DNA of 64,000 bases from Setoptus koraiensis (Eukaryota; Animalia; Arthropoda), in the NCBI GenBank assembly GCA_048013815.1, contig CM106585.1:16616001-16680000 (forward strand). The letters are read 5' to 3'. Under the pieces are notes generated by a model. The model made no database searches and had not been told where the DNA came from. It saw nothing but the letters and a program-made list of their open reading frames with translations. Positions 1 to 10,812 of this stretch are shown piece after piece; the first letter of the stretch is position 1, and every line of letters begins with the position of its first letter. Made by a program: the position numbers and the translations under genes.

Positions 1-498
1 GATAAATGATGATGAATAAAACTGCGGCTAAGCAGCTATCAATTCATTTGCATGCATGACTAGCCAGCTCACTGGCTAGACAGAATCACTGACAGAAACA
101 TATGTCGCGTAGCGGCCAGCCTGGCACCAGTTAATTAGTGGCTTGGCGAGCTTGACAGGTGAGCACACACAAGAGGCCGCTGCTGGCCAATGCAAGAAAG
201 TGACACGGGCGCCCCATCAGTGCGAAACGTGTACTACGATTCGTAGTGAAACAACGCGAATCAATTGCGTGAGTACGTTACGTTTTGTTACGTCACGTTA
301 CGTTACGTTACGTTACGTTACAGTGGCGCGTCATGTGCGCCAGCCGGAAGTCGGCTACTGGCAGTCGTGCCAAGTGGCGCGAATTAATCGCGCAGTACGC
401 GGCATCAGCGATTCGGAGAGGTCGATGACGCAATTGACTGGCACACAAAAGTGGCCCAACAAAAGCAAACAGAACAAAGAGAGCGCACTTACCTTGTT

Positions 499-638
499 TA
501 TTTGTCGTTGTCGTTGCTGTTGTTGTTGTTGTTTTTGTTGTTGTCGTTGTTGTTGTTTTTGTCGTTGCTGTTGTTGTTGTTGTGGTTGTTGCTGCTGTTG
601 TCGTTGCTGTTGTTGTGGTTGTTGTTGCTGTTGTTGTC
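499..638. repeat. Degenerate (GTT/GCT)n trinucleotide low-complexity tract
   Basis: Run of gtt/gct/gtc triplets visible directly. It explains the poly-Cys, poly-Leu and poly-Asn ORFs at 143-759. Confidence 0.9.
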
Positions 639-1001
639 GCCTCGTTCACTTGTTTTGCTGGCACTTGTTATGGCGACTGACTTGTTATGTTGGTTACGTA
701 ATGAACGCGCAAATGCGTCGCCTATTGTAATGAGTGTGGCTGCAAGTGTCAAGCGATGATTATCTTCATTCTATCACTGGCCGCTGGCCGACTCAATTGC
801 CACTTTTGACGGCCACCAGCACCACTGAAACGACTGAGACTCGACTGACCAATTGCGACCACTTTCAGTGGTCACTACTTTCGATGGTCACCACTCTCAA
901 TGGTCACTATCTACAATGGCCACCAATTACTCGAAGTGCCGCAAATAGGCACTAGAGCTTATTTTTGCTTGTGCGTGTGTGTGCCTACCACTGCCACTTA
1001 T

Positions 1002-1035
<34 letters not shown>

Positions 1036-1052
1036 CACACACACGCACACAC
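1002..1052. repeat. (CA)n microsatellite
   Basis: About 25 CA units with two CG interruptions. Confidence 0.95.
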
Positions 1053-4000
1053 AACTGACAACAAAAATCGGCTACTGACGGGTTAACAGGTGACTTCCGG
1101 TGCGATGTTGGCGCTTCTGTGGGTGTTTCTTGGTTGATTTGTGTTTTTTAATGATTTTGCTCGTCGCTTGGGGCGCTGTATTGGTGGGCCGTGGGTGTTG
1201 ACTCCACGTGATTGGAGTGTTGTGAGTATGTGTCAATTGGTGCCGATGTCAAGCGATAGGGGGACAAATCGTGAACGGGCGACCATTTTACATTTCATCT
1301 TGTTGGTCTTGCATACACTTGAATGGTGTCACTCGGTCTTGATGGCCTGATCTTGAAGTTTCTTTCATTTGCATTAATTATTTCGATGATGCGCGACGAA
1401 CGACCATTCTGCCCCATCACAATGGTTGCATCATACGCGGCAGCTCGTGGCGGGTATCGCAATTAAAACTCTTGTTGTGCGCTACAATCGCTCTTACAAT
1501 GTGTATAAAATATACTTATCCATCTATCTAGCTTGGTATTTATTTATTTATGCTGCTGCCTACGTATCTATATACATAATACGTTGATTCACAAACACTA
1601 ATTATATGCATATCATCACTCGTTGCTGGTTGTTGGTTGTCGTTGGTTGTCGTTGGTTGTCGTTGGTTGCCGTTGGTTGCCGTTGGTTGTTGCTGGTTGC
1701 TGCTGGTAGCTGGTTGCTGTCGGCTGCTGGCTAGCGGATCTGACAATCGGATATGACAATTGGGGCAACTTTATGCAGCGACAAAACAAGAACAAGGGAC
1801 TCGATCGGACGCGCCAACAGGGTAGCGAGATGGGTAGCCGCCAATGACAGCGATGGGCAGCCGGGCGATAATGAATTCAACATTGTTCAACGTCGCGTCG
1901 CACACTGTGTTGTCGCTGCCCTCTGACAAGATGCAGATCCCCCCGAGATCGTCGAGACTGTTTTGCCAAGACTGCACACAGCGCGGGCTGGCTGGCTGGC
2001 TGGCCGCTTTGCTGGCTCGCCAACATCGGCCGCCGCGCGGGACCCGGCGCAGCAACCCTCGAGCCAAGTGGCAAGCGACCATTTTGGGCCGACGGCGCAT
2101 TTCAATTTTCAAGCGGCCAGTGCGTCGGCGCACGCATCGACTCATTGTCGAATGGGGCCCGTCGTCAGCATTCGATCCGGTTGTCGCTGCTCGCTGCTCG
2201 GTTCAATCTGAGCTGTCGCTGCGTCTTGTGTGTCCGACCGCACCGTCCGATCGCCGGCCCAGTTCCGATCGACGCCGCGCCCGTGCCGCCTCGCCCGTCG
2301 TCCCGTCCTTATTTCGCAACAATTATTTCGGCCCGGCCAATGGGCGCCCGCCTCTCGCGCCTACCCTGGCCAACAATATCCGCGCATATCACTCGCCGTC
2401 CCTCGTGCCGGCCAGTGTTGGCCAATAAGCAAATATTGATACTTTGTGTGGGTCGCTCGCCGGCGCCCGCCGCGTTGATTCATGCGGCCGGATACGTGCG
2501 GCCGCTGATAAGCGTGCGACAGCCGCCAGATAAGAAGGGGACACTCGGCACAGCGGCGGCCGGCACAGCGGCGGCCGGCCCGGCGCCTGTGCAAGCCAGC
2601 GGCTCGGCGCCAACGGGGCGACAGTCAACACGCTGCCGGCCGCCTAATGAGACTGCCACCGCTATTTGATGGGCTGCCCATTGGCTGTGATTCGCCGCAA
2701 TTATCGCTGGCTGCAAATATTGCATTCATGGACCGGCGCCGCCCCGGCCAAGCCGACGGGTTACACAACGCGGCCCGGTTAACCCGTCTCGACGGGTTGA
2801 ACAGCGCGGCCGGGTTTGGGGCCACACGACACATAGTCAGACGGGCGCGTTTACCTTGCTGGGCGGAGGCCGCGATGGGAGGGGCCCCGCTGGCCACTTT
2901 GTCCGCCAGGCCGGGCCAGTTGGCCCGAGCCAATGGGCATCACTTTGTTTAATCTCATTATGCGCGTTTATTTGCTCTATTTGCGCACAACTTTGGCCAC
3001 TCGGTCCCCATTATCATGCGGCCGTATCATTGCGGCCGCACCGAGCCGCATATATCCGCGCTGGCCACGTGTATTTGCCCACGAGCCACGAAGCCAGTCA
3101 GTCAGCCAGTCGCCCAGCCAGCGATTGGCCGGTCGCGGGGGCCCAAAGCCAACAAAGCTCGGCCCTAATTCCGTCGCTCGTCGGGCCCATTGTTTGTGTA
3201 TGTACTTTTGGGGTTGTTGGCTCAATTATTTGCCGCCGCTTCACGCGAACCCGATATTTGCGCGCTCTGGCATTGGCATCGCACAGATTAGACCGTTAGA
3301 GGTCACATTTGGGCCCCTCTGGCCGTGCGACCGATCAAAAGTTATCTCATGCTCATCAGTAAGTAAGCAAAGTGTTTCGATAGCGGCCATTCTCGGCCGG
3401 CTCAAATTGGCCAAACCGCACCGCACCCAACCGCAACCCGGCTCGGCCAGTCTGAGCGCGGCATCCACGGTCTGGTGAGACTAGCCCGCGGTGAGGCTAG
3501 CCGCGGTCTGGCTTGCATGCTGGCTCAAGTCGGGTGGATGTGGCGAGCCGCTCCGCCCAACTTGAGCGCCCTCTGTGGGCCGAGCGGCTCATTTTCGGGC
3601 TCCGGCCGACTTTGTTGGCCGTCCGCGACAGTCGGTCATTGTTGGCCCGTGCGCGGCTCGATTTGGGCCCGCGTCACTTTGGCTTGTTGCGGGCCCAAAG
3701 TGAGCCGAAACGGGCGAAATGGGCAAAGTGGGCGAAATGGGCAAGATGGACGAGGCGGCCCGACGCACGCGACTTGCTCAAATTTGCATACGACCCCAGC
3801 GACAAACGATTGTTGGGGTCGCATGCATGGGAAATGACTCCGACTGTCAGAGTCTGGCAGCACTGAATAACCCCGACGGCACAAAATAACCCCGATGGCC
3901 GGGAACGGGGGGGCGCCACAATCGGACAGAGTTATTGCCGGGCTACCCGAAGCGGGCTGTGTGCTGCGGGAAATGGCGCCAGCGTCTCGCGGGCCGCCCC

Positions 4001-7000
4001 CGATCGGGGCCTGTGCATGACACGTCGAAACAATTACCAAAAGAATCAATTCTGGCCGTTCGAGGCGAGTTTCGTCGCCGTCTGGCTGTCGCTGGGCGCC
4101 TCGTCTGCCTATCTCGTCTGATCTCATCTCTCGTCTCACCTCACTCCACTTCACACACACTGCCTATAATGGGCCGCGATGGCACCCGAAAGACGCGACC
4201 CGCTGTCCGCGGACGGGCCGCGTCTTTCTGGGGCCCCTGTGAGCCTCGCAGGCCCGCGCTGGGGCCCCTCTGAGCGGCGCTGGGCCGCGTGGCACTTTAA
4301 AGATTTTGTCGCCCGTCGCTGGCCGGCGCCCGAAAATGGATTAGAACGGCCGGACAGATGGCAGCCACAAGATATAAGATTGGCCGGCCGGACAAAGCTC
4401 GGGCGGCCGGCTAGTGGGGCCAGCGGCGAGACGTTATTACCAGATTGGCGAACGCTGGCCGAAACAGCAACAAAGGCATTGTTATTTTTAGAAAAGCGCG
4501 GCGCAAAACGCAAAACCGACCCCGGCCCAATGTTATTAGCGAGCCAATCTTTTGCGCGTCGCATCGCACACAATCCGGCCCGCCGATGTCTCAATGGGGC
4601 CAGCACGTGTTTGCGGACAAAAAGAGCGGGCCTCAATTTGTTGCTGGCCACTGGCCAGTGCGAGTTTTTTCGCTCGCTGCATTCTTTTTCGCCCGCTAGG
4701 TTCCTTTTCGCCCACTAGGTTCCTTTTCGCCCGCTAGGTTCTCTTTCGCGGGCCAGATTCTCTTTGGCTGGCCAGATTCGCAGCCGATAGGGGCAGCGAC
4801 TCTAAAATCATATCAAATTTTCGGCGCCCGTTTGTGGCGCCTGCTAGCCCAGCCGAAATTCGCGCCTCAACGCGTCCATCCTATATAATCAATTTGCGCT
4901 GCCGGGCCGGCCTGTCGACACACGGACAGTCGGCCGCCGTCGGGGCGCCTTCTGTTGCGTCGAGCGGCGGTCGTCCAGTTCTGACAGGGGGCCCGCCGCT
5001 CCGGCTCGATATCACACCGTGCGCAGCGGCCAGCCGACTGTGAGGCCGCCTACTCTGAGGCCGCCGACATACTCCATGGGAGATAAAGTTTGCCTCCCGT
5101 TTACGAACACTTTGGGCTTTTCATTAGAGTTCGTGACAACTTTTGCGGGGCCACTTTGGCCGTTCGGTCGCCCTGAGCGCACTGGGCGCATTGTTTTTCG
5201 GGTAGCGAGCGGCCCGGCGCCGCAATCGCTCATGCGGCTTCCTTTTCGGGCCGGCAGCGCGCTCGCCACGAGCACCTTGGCAATTGTCGTGCCAACGTGA
5301 CGATGACGGGCCCCAAAATGAAAATAAATCTCATTTTGTGTCACTTGGATCAGCGAGCCATTTTGTGGCTGCCAGCGCTGGCACGCGTCGTGCAGTATGC
5401 ACGTTGCGTGCACGCGCCCACCACCGACGGCCGCCCAGCGACTTCCGTTTGGGCGAGCCGGCTCGGCTGAAATTTGCGGCCAGTGCGTGCGGCGGTGCTG
5501 CAGCGGCGCACCGGGTTGCCGCTGAAACGCTAAAATGATGTCTACAATGATGTCGGTGTCCGCTAAAATGCGGACCATTGCCGAACGGCCGCCAAACGGA
5601 TATTAGAGCGCGCTGGCCGGCGACGCGGGTCTTGCGGCCAGACGGTCCACAAGACCGTTGTCGCACACCCAGTGCACGCCCGGACGCACCCTGACGCACG
5701 CCGACGCACCCCGACGCGTTCAGACAAGTTTCGCCGGCCCGTCCCGGCGCAATCGGCCCGTGAGTTGCCCGGCGTCCTGCCGGTCGGGCACAAACTGCAC
5801 TCATGACTCATGAGTCGTGAGTGACGAACCTCGCGGTTCCCGGGTTACGCGGCTATCGCCGCGAGTCGCCGCCAGCCGCCGCAAGTCGCCGCGAGTCGGT
5901 TCGCGGGGCCCGCTGGCCACACGAGCGCACAAGTGGCGCTGCTCGGCCAAGTCAAGTGGACAAATCAGCACTTAATTAATCTAACTCGAACGCTGGGCCC
6001 GTTCCGAACGGGGCCCCCGCCGATGGCTGCCAGGGGCCCCGTTCAAAATGGGGCTCAGCGTTCGAAGTGGGGCCCAGCGTTCAAAGTGAGGCCCAGCGTT
6101 CGAAGTGGGCCGAAGCTGAAGCTGGCTCGGCCAGGTGAGCCCAGGATTGGCTGGCGTTGTTTTGGGCTTGTCGTCGCGCGAAACACACTGGCTCGCGATC
6201 GAACTGGGGCCCTCGCTGGCGCTGCTGCAACAAATAGGCCCAGTTAAGCGAGCCAAATAAAGTGCCCGACGAAACGCGCGCGCGGGGGGGGGCGAAATCA
6301 AGCGATGCGATAGTTGGCAACGTGACAGGAATTGTTGATTCATCACGACGACGACGACATTAGACACAGAGACAAATATGCTGCCGGCGCCCTTTCTGGG
6401 GCCCCGTTAATCGGCCCGATGTGTACCATCATGTGCATTCATCACGCCCGGATAAACTCGACACAAAATGAACACACACACACACACACGACCGAGCCAA
6501 TGGGCATCGAACGGGGGCCGGCGGGCCAACGAACGGAGGCCCCACTGAATACATATTATGCAATCATTGACGACAATTACCAACTAATAGGTGCGTAACA
6601 ATATCTTATTACCTCTATTCTGTTTGAGTGGCTCGATACCCTCATTTTGCCGCGTGCCCTCCCCGCTCTGCGCGTCTGCCGGCCCCCAGTCGGTCGCTCA
6701 GCCGGCCGCTCGCTTGCCCGCTCGCCCGCTGCGGCTGGTTGCGGCACCCGCTCGCGCACGCCCGGCCCGACCGACGCCAACAGCCACAACCGCGACGCCA
6801 ACAACAACGCCGACAACAACAAATAAAGAGGCCAATGCCTGCCCAGTGGCCTAATTGGAAATGGTGTTTTATTGTCAGATGTTTGCGCTCACATCATGCG
6901 ACTTACATCATGCAAGTCATACCAGGCGAGCTGTATCAGGCGAGTTATATGATAATTATAAGTGAGTGCGCCCAAAAACAACAACAACAGCAACGAGGTT

Positions 7001-7464
7001 AGCCTAATTAATATGGTCCGTGCTGGCGCTGCCGGGCCGGGCTTTGCGGCGCGCGACCCTGGCGCCATCTGCGGGGAGGCGCGCGCAGAGGCGCGCATCT
7101 TTTTCCGATCGTGCACGCATTAAAATGGCCCCTGCAAACAGATCACGGCAGTCACGTCGGCTCGCGACGCATCCCGTAGAGCGACCCCTTTGTGCCCGCG
7201 CCCCGTCGGCGCCCGCGAGCCGCGTCTCGTCGCCGCTCGGCCCCGTGCGATTTGCGCGTCTCGCCGCGAGCGGCCGGCAATTGTGTCGCTGCGAGCGGCC
7301 CGCAATTGTCTCGCCAGGCGACGCCGAGCGCAAGCGGGACCCGCCGCTCGATTCGGGCCGCAAGGCCGACAAATGTGACATTTCGCTATCATCCGCCTTG
7401 CTGACCGAGCTTGGCGAGTGTCGCCAGCGTTCGTCACTTGCGTCTGACACTTGTGTCCAATGAG

Positions 7465-7554
7465 CCCGACGTGCGCGATGCGTCCGACGCGCCCGATGCG
7501 CCCGACGCGACCGGCGCCCCCGATGCGCCCGACGTGCCCGACGTGTCCGATGTG
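7465..7554. repeat. 9-bp minisatellite (CCCGAYGYG-like) x10
   Basis: Ten consecutive 9-mers, e.g. cccgacgtg, cccgatgcg, tccgatgtg. Confidence 0.85.
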
Positions 7555-8051
7555 TCAGCTGACGGCAAATCAGATAGAGATTGACAGCGCGGGCACAACA
7601 GATGTCTTGTCGGGCCACGAGACGAGATGCGGCGCCCCTTTGCCCGCGCCTGTAATCGTTGCTGCTGGCGATATATGCTGCCGGCCAATAGTAATATTGC
7701 CCGCGCTCGTTCGCAGTTCAATTGCCGCTGTCATATTGCCATCGGACGCGTTACGTAATCGCACATATGGTCACTAGATGTGGCCCCATTGCCATTGTCA
7801 TATCTATTTCAGTCGCGAGCGCGCTGACACGCCGTCGGACGTGTGTCAAGCGCCAGCACCCGAGCCGCACTGTGTCTGGCGTGAGCGCCATTCCGTTAGC
7901 GGCCGTGGGGCCCCTGGGTCGTCGGGAGTCTAGTGTCTGGCGAGCGTGCAACTCTCTTTGTTGTGCCGGGGGCGGGGGGGGGGACGCCGTCTGAAATTGC
8001 TCGCCCGTCTGAGGTATTGCAATCTTGTCGATTTTGGCTGCAATTTTCATC

Positions 8052-8142
8052 ATCGGCTGTCACTTTGATCAGCTGTCACTTCGATCAGCTGTCACTGTGA
8101 TCAGCTGTCATTTCAATCAGTTGTCACTTTGATCAGCTGTCG
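8052..8142. repeat. 16-bp tandem repeat ATCAGCTGTCACTTTG x5.7 carrying E-box + TGACAG motifs
   Basis: Units start at 8052, 8068, 8084, 8100, 8116 and 8132. CAGCTGTCA is intact in three units. Confidence 0.9.
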
Positions 8143-9034
8143 ATGCGGCCCGCTGCGAGGCGACGTCTTGCCGGTATCTTGGCTCGGGCGGCAGCAGTCC
8201 GACTTGGCCCGAAACACGGACGACGGTCGCAAATACAATTGGGGCGTGCCGATGGCCGCCGCTTGTCGCCACAGGCCGACGATTTGCCGGCTGCGGGCCG
8301 GCAACAACGTCCCGTCGGCCCGTCATTTTTCATTGGCGCTGTCCAGCGGGCGACAAGTGGCGAGTATTGGCATTGGCGGTCGGGTATTGTCGCGCCAACA
8401 AAATGCCCATTGCTGGTGTGTCAGTAATGAATCAGTCAGACGAGGGTTTTGTTGCGCAGTTGACAGCGGCCGCAATCATTCATTACACTAATTATATTAT
8501 ATTGCGCAATGCTGGCCACACACTCGGATGTGGCCGCTCGGATGTGGCCGCTCGGACATGCCGCTCGGACGTGGCGCCGTTCGCCGGAAAGTCCGAGCCC
8601 GTCGTATAGGCGCGGTTCAAATTTTCATCTGGCCGCAAAATTTCAAGTTATGTCGCCTGGCGGCAAGCTCAACAAGCTTGGGCCCCATCGTCTATGGGCC
8701 ATCGAGCGGCACAGCGCACAGTTGCCATACGAGCGTAACTGCGCCACTGTGCCGATGGCTTAATTAATTGTGAGAGAGAGACGGCACAAGGATATTATGC
8801 AATTGGCGGGCTCTTGTCACAATTGTGCGACTCAACGAGCGCGCCCGACAGAGCGGCGGCCCGGGGCGAGACAGTAATGACATTGGACACTTACTTATCT
8901 GGCCGGTTGTCATGGCGACCGGGCGGCCAGACGAGATGGCGCCGCAGCGAGCGCCGTTGCGGAGCGCGGGCCGCATCCGCTCGCAGTGACCATGATTCAT
9001 TTCATTCCGTTCTCCGTTCATTCCGTTGGTGTTA

Positions 9035-9249
9035 ATTATGTAATCTCTGCTCTGCCTAATGGATCATGGTTGCAGTTATCGCAACTTATCCGCCGCCGCC
9101 GCCGCCTACATCGCTGGGTCCCCGTTACATAACAGTAATATGATTTGCCACGGTGGCCGCATAACGGTCGCTGTGCCGCTGTGGGCATGCAAACAGTCGC
9201 CAGTTATCGTTACGTAACATCATGCGCGCTGTGCGACATGTTACATAAC
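9035..9249. promoter_or_regulatory. Homotypic cluster of four perfect PAR-bZIP/NFIL3-type sites (RTTAYGTAAY)
   Basis: ATTATGTAAT 9035-9044, GTTACATAAC 9124-9133, GTTACGTAAC 9209-9218, GTTACATAAC 9240-9249. The motif match is direct; function is inferred. Confidence 0.6.
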
Positions 9250-10145
9250 TCGGCCCGCTTGCCGGCCGGGCGATTGTTGGCGCCCTTGTTGGAGCCGTTG
9301 CTGGCGCCGTTGTTGTTGCGGCGGCGGCGGCGGCGGCGGTGGCGGCGCGGCGCCCAACGGGCCAGCAGCAACCGCGGCGACCGCAACGGCGATACGACGC
9401 GTTTATGAATATTCATACGGGCCCCTTGAGTGGGGCCCGGCAAGGCTGAGCCGCGGCGAGCCGGCCCGAATTACAATTAATGTAGTGTGGGCATGGTTGT
9501 TTGTGACAAGCAGCAACGATTAGATAAGATTAGATTTGATTAGATTACATGGGTGGCGCCACTCGAGATATGGCTTGTTGTCGTTGGCATTATTTATTTA
9601 TTGTGTATTAACCAAACAAGCCAGCGATCTTTTTGTCATCTGTCGGCCGGCCGTCGGGCCGCGCTGGCTACCGTGCGCTGATGCCGGCTCACAATGCGGC
9701 CACCGGGTCAGCCGGGCACTCTGGGCAGTGTGGGCGCTGCGGTCACTCTGGGCACTCTGGTCACTGGGGGCGAACAGACGGGGCAAAAGTTGGAGCCTAG
9801 TTCGGTTTGGTTTGTTTGCGGTCGGCTCGTGCGGTCCGGCCCGACCGAAGCGCGACACCAAACGCGACCGTGCGATGCCCCGATGCACGCCCGAATCTGC
9901 ATAATACTCAATATGCGCCGGCCCCGGCGCGGTCCGGCCAGCGCAAGCCCGACGGCCGCGACAAACCGAACCAAACCAGACTGAACCGAGCCAAACTGAA
10001 CTGAACAAAACTGAGCCAAACTGAGCCGAACTGAGCCAGCTAATGGCCAGTGGCCAGAGACAACAACTTAATTAAATCATGATGCCAAATTAAGCGTCTC
10101 ATCATAATGACCGGCGCAGCGACGGCGAGCCCGAGTCGACACATA

Positions 10146-10203
10146 GCGCGCTCGTGGCAACATTGGCGCGCTCGTGGCAACATTGGCGCGCTCGTGGCAA
10201 CAT
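10146..10203. repeat. 20-bp tandem repeat GCGCGCTCGTGGCAACATTG x2.9
   Basis: Two perfect units and one near-complete unit. Confidence 0.95.
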
Positions 10204-10752
10204 CTTTCGCGCTACAACGCTCACTGGCAGCGGCTCGTGCAAGCCCGTGCAAAGCGCGCCGAGCTCGCCGGGGCCCAAACCAACAAAACCAGCCACCGTG
10301 GGGGCCACGCCATTGGGCCACACGGCCAAGCGCGCACAGTTGACCAGTTAAACAAAACACCAACAAAACCGGCACACAAAGCGGAAACAGAGGCCCGCTT
10401 GTTTGTTTGCTCGCTTGCTTTGCTTCGACGCGCGCGTTATATGTCGCTACTCTCTTTTATACATACTCTCTTTATATATTTTATACACACACACACACAC
10501 ACGAGCAAACAAACAAACACACACACACACGAGCACGTTATTTGGGCCCCAATCGCCGACTGGCCCCGCCATTCGGCCAGCCGCTCAACTGACCAGCCCG
10601 ACCGGCCAGCCAACCAACAAATAACGACCGTAATAACAAGCTCGCTGGCCGGACCACGCGCCGCCAATATCCATACAATATCGTGTAATTGCGTGCTCGC
10701 CCCAGCTACAAACAAACGCCTCTCGAATGCCATGCAGCTGGCATCGGTCCAG

Positions 10753-10812
10753 TGGCCAGTTTGGCCAGTCTGGCCAGTCTGGCCAGTTTGGCCGGTTTGG
10801 CCAGTTTGGCCG
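10753..10812. repeat. 9-bp minisatellite (TGGCCRGTY) x7
   Basis: Seven consecutive 9-mers; source of the WPVWPV ORF text. Confidence 0.9.
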
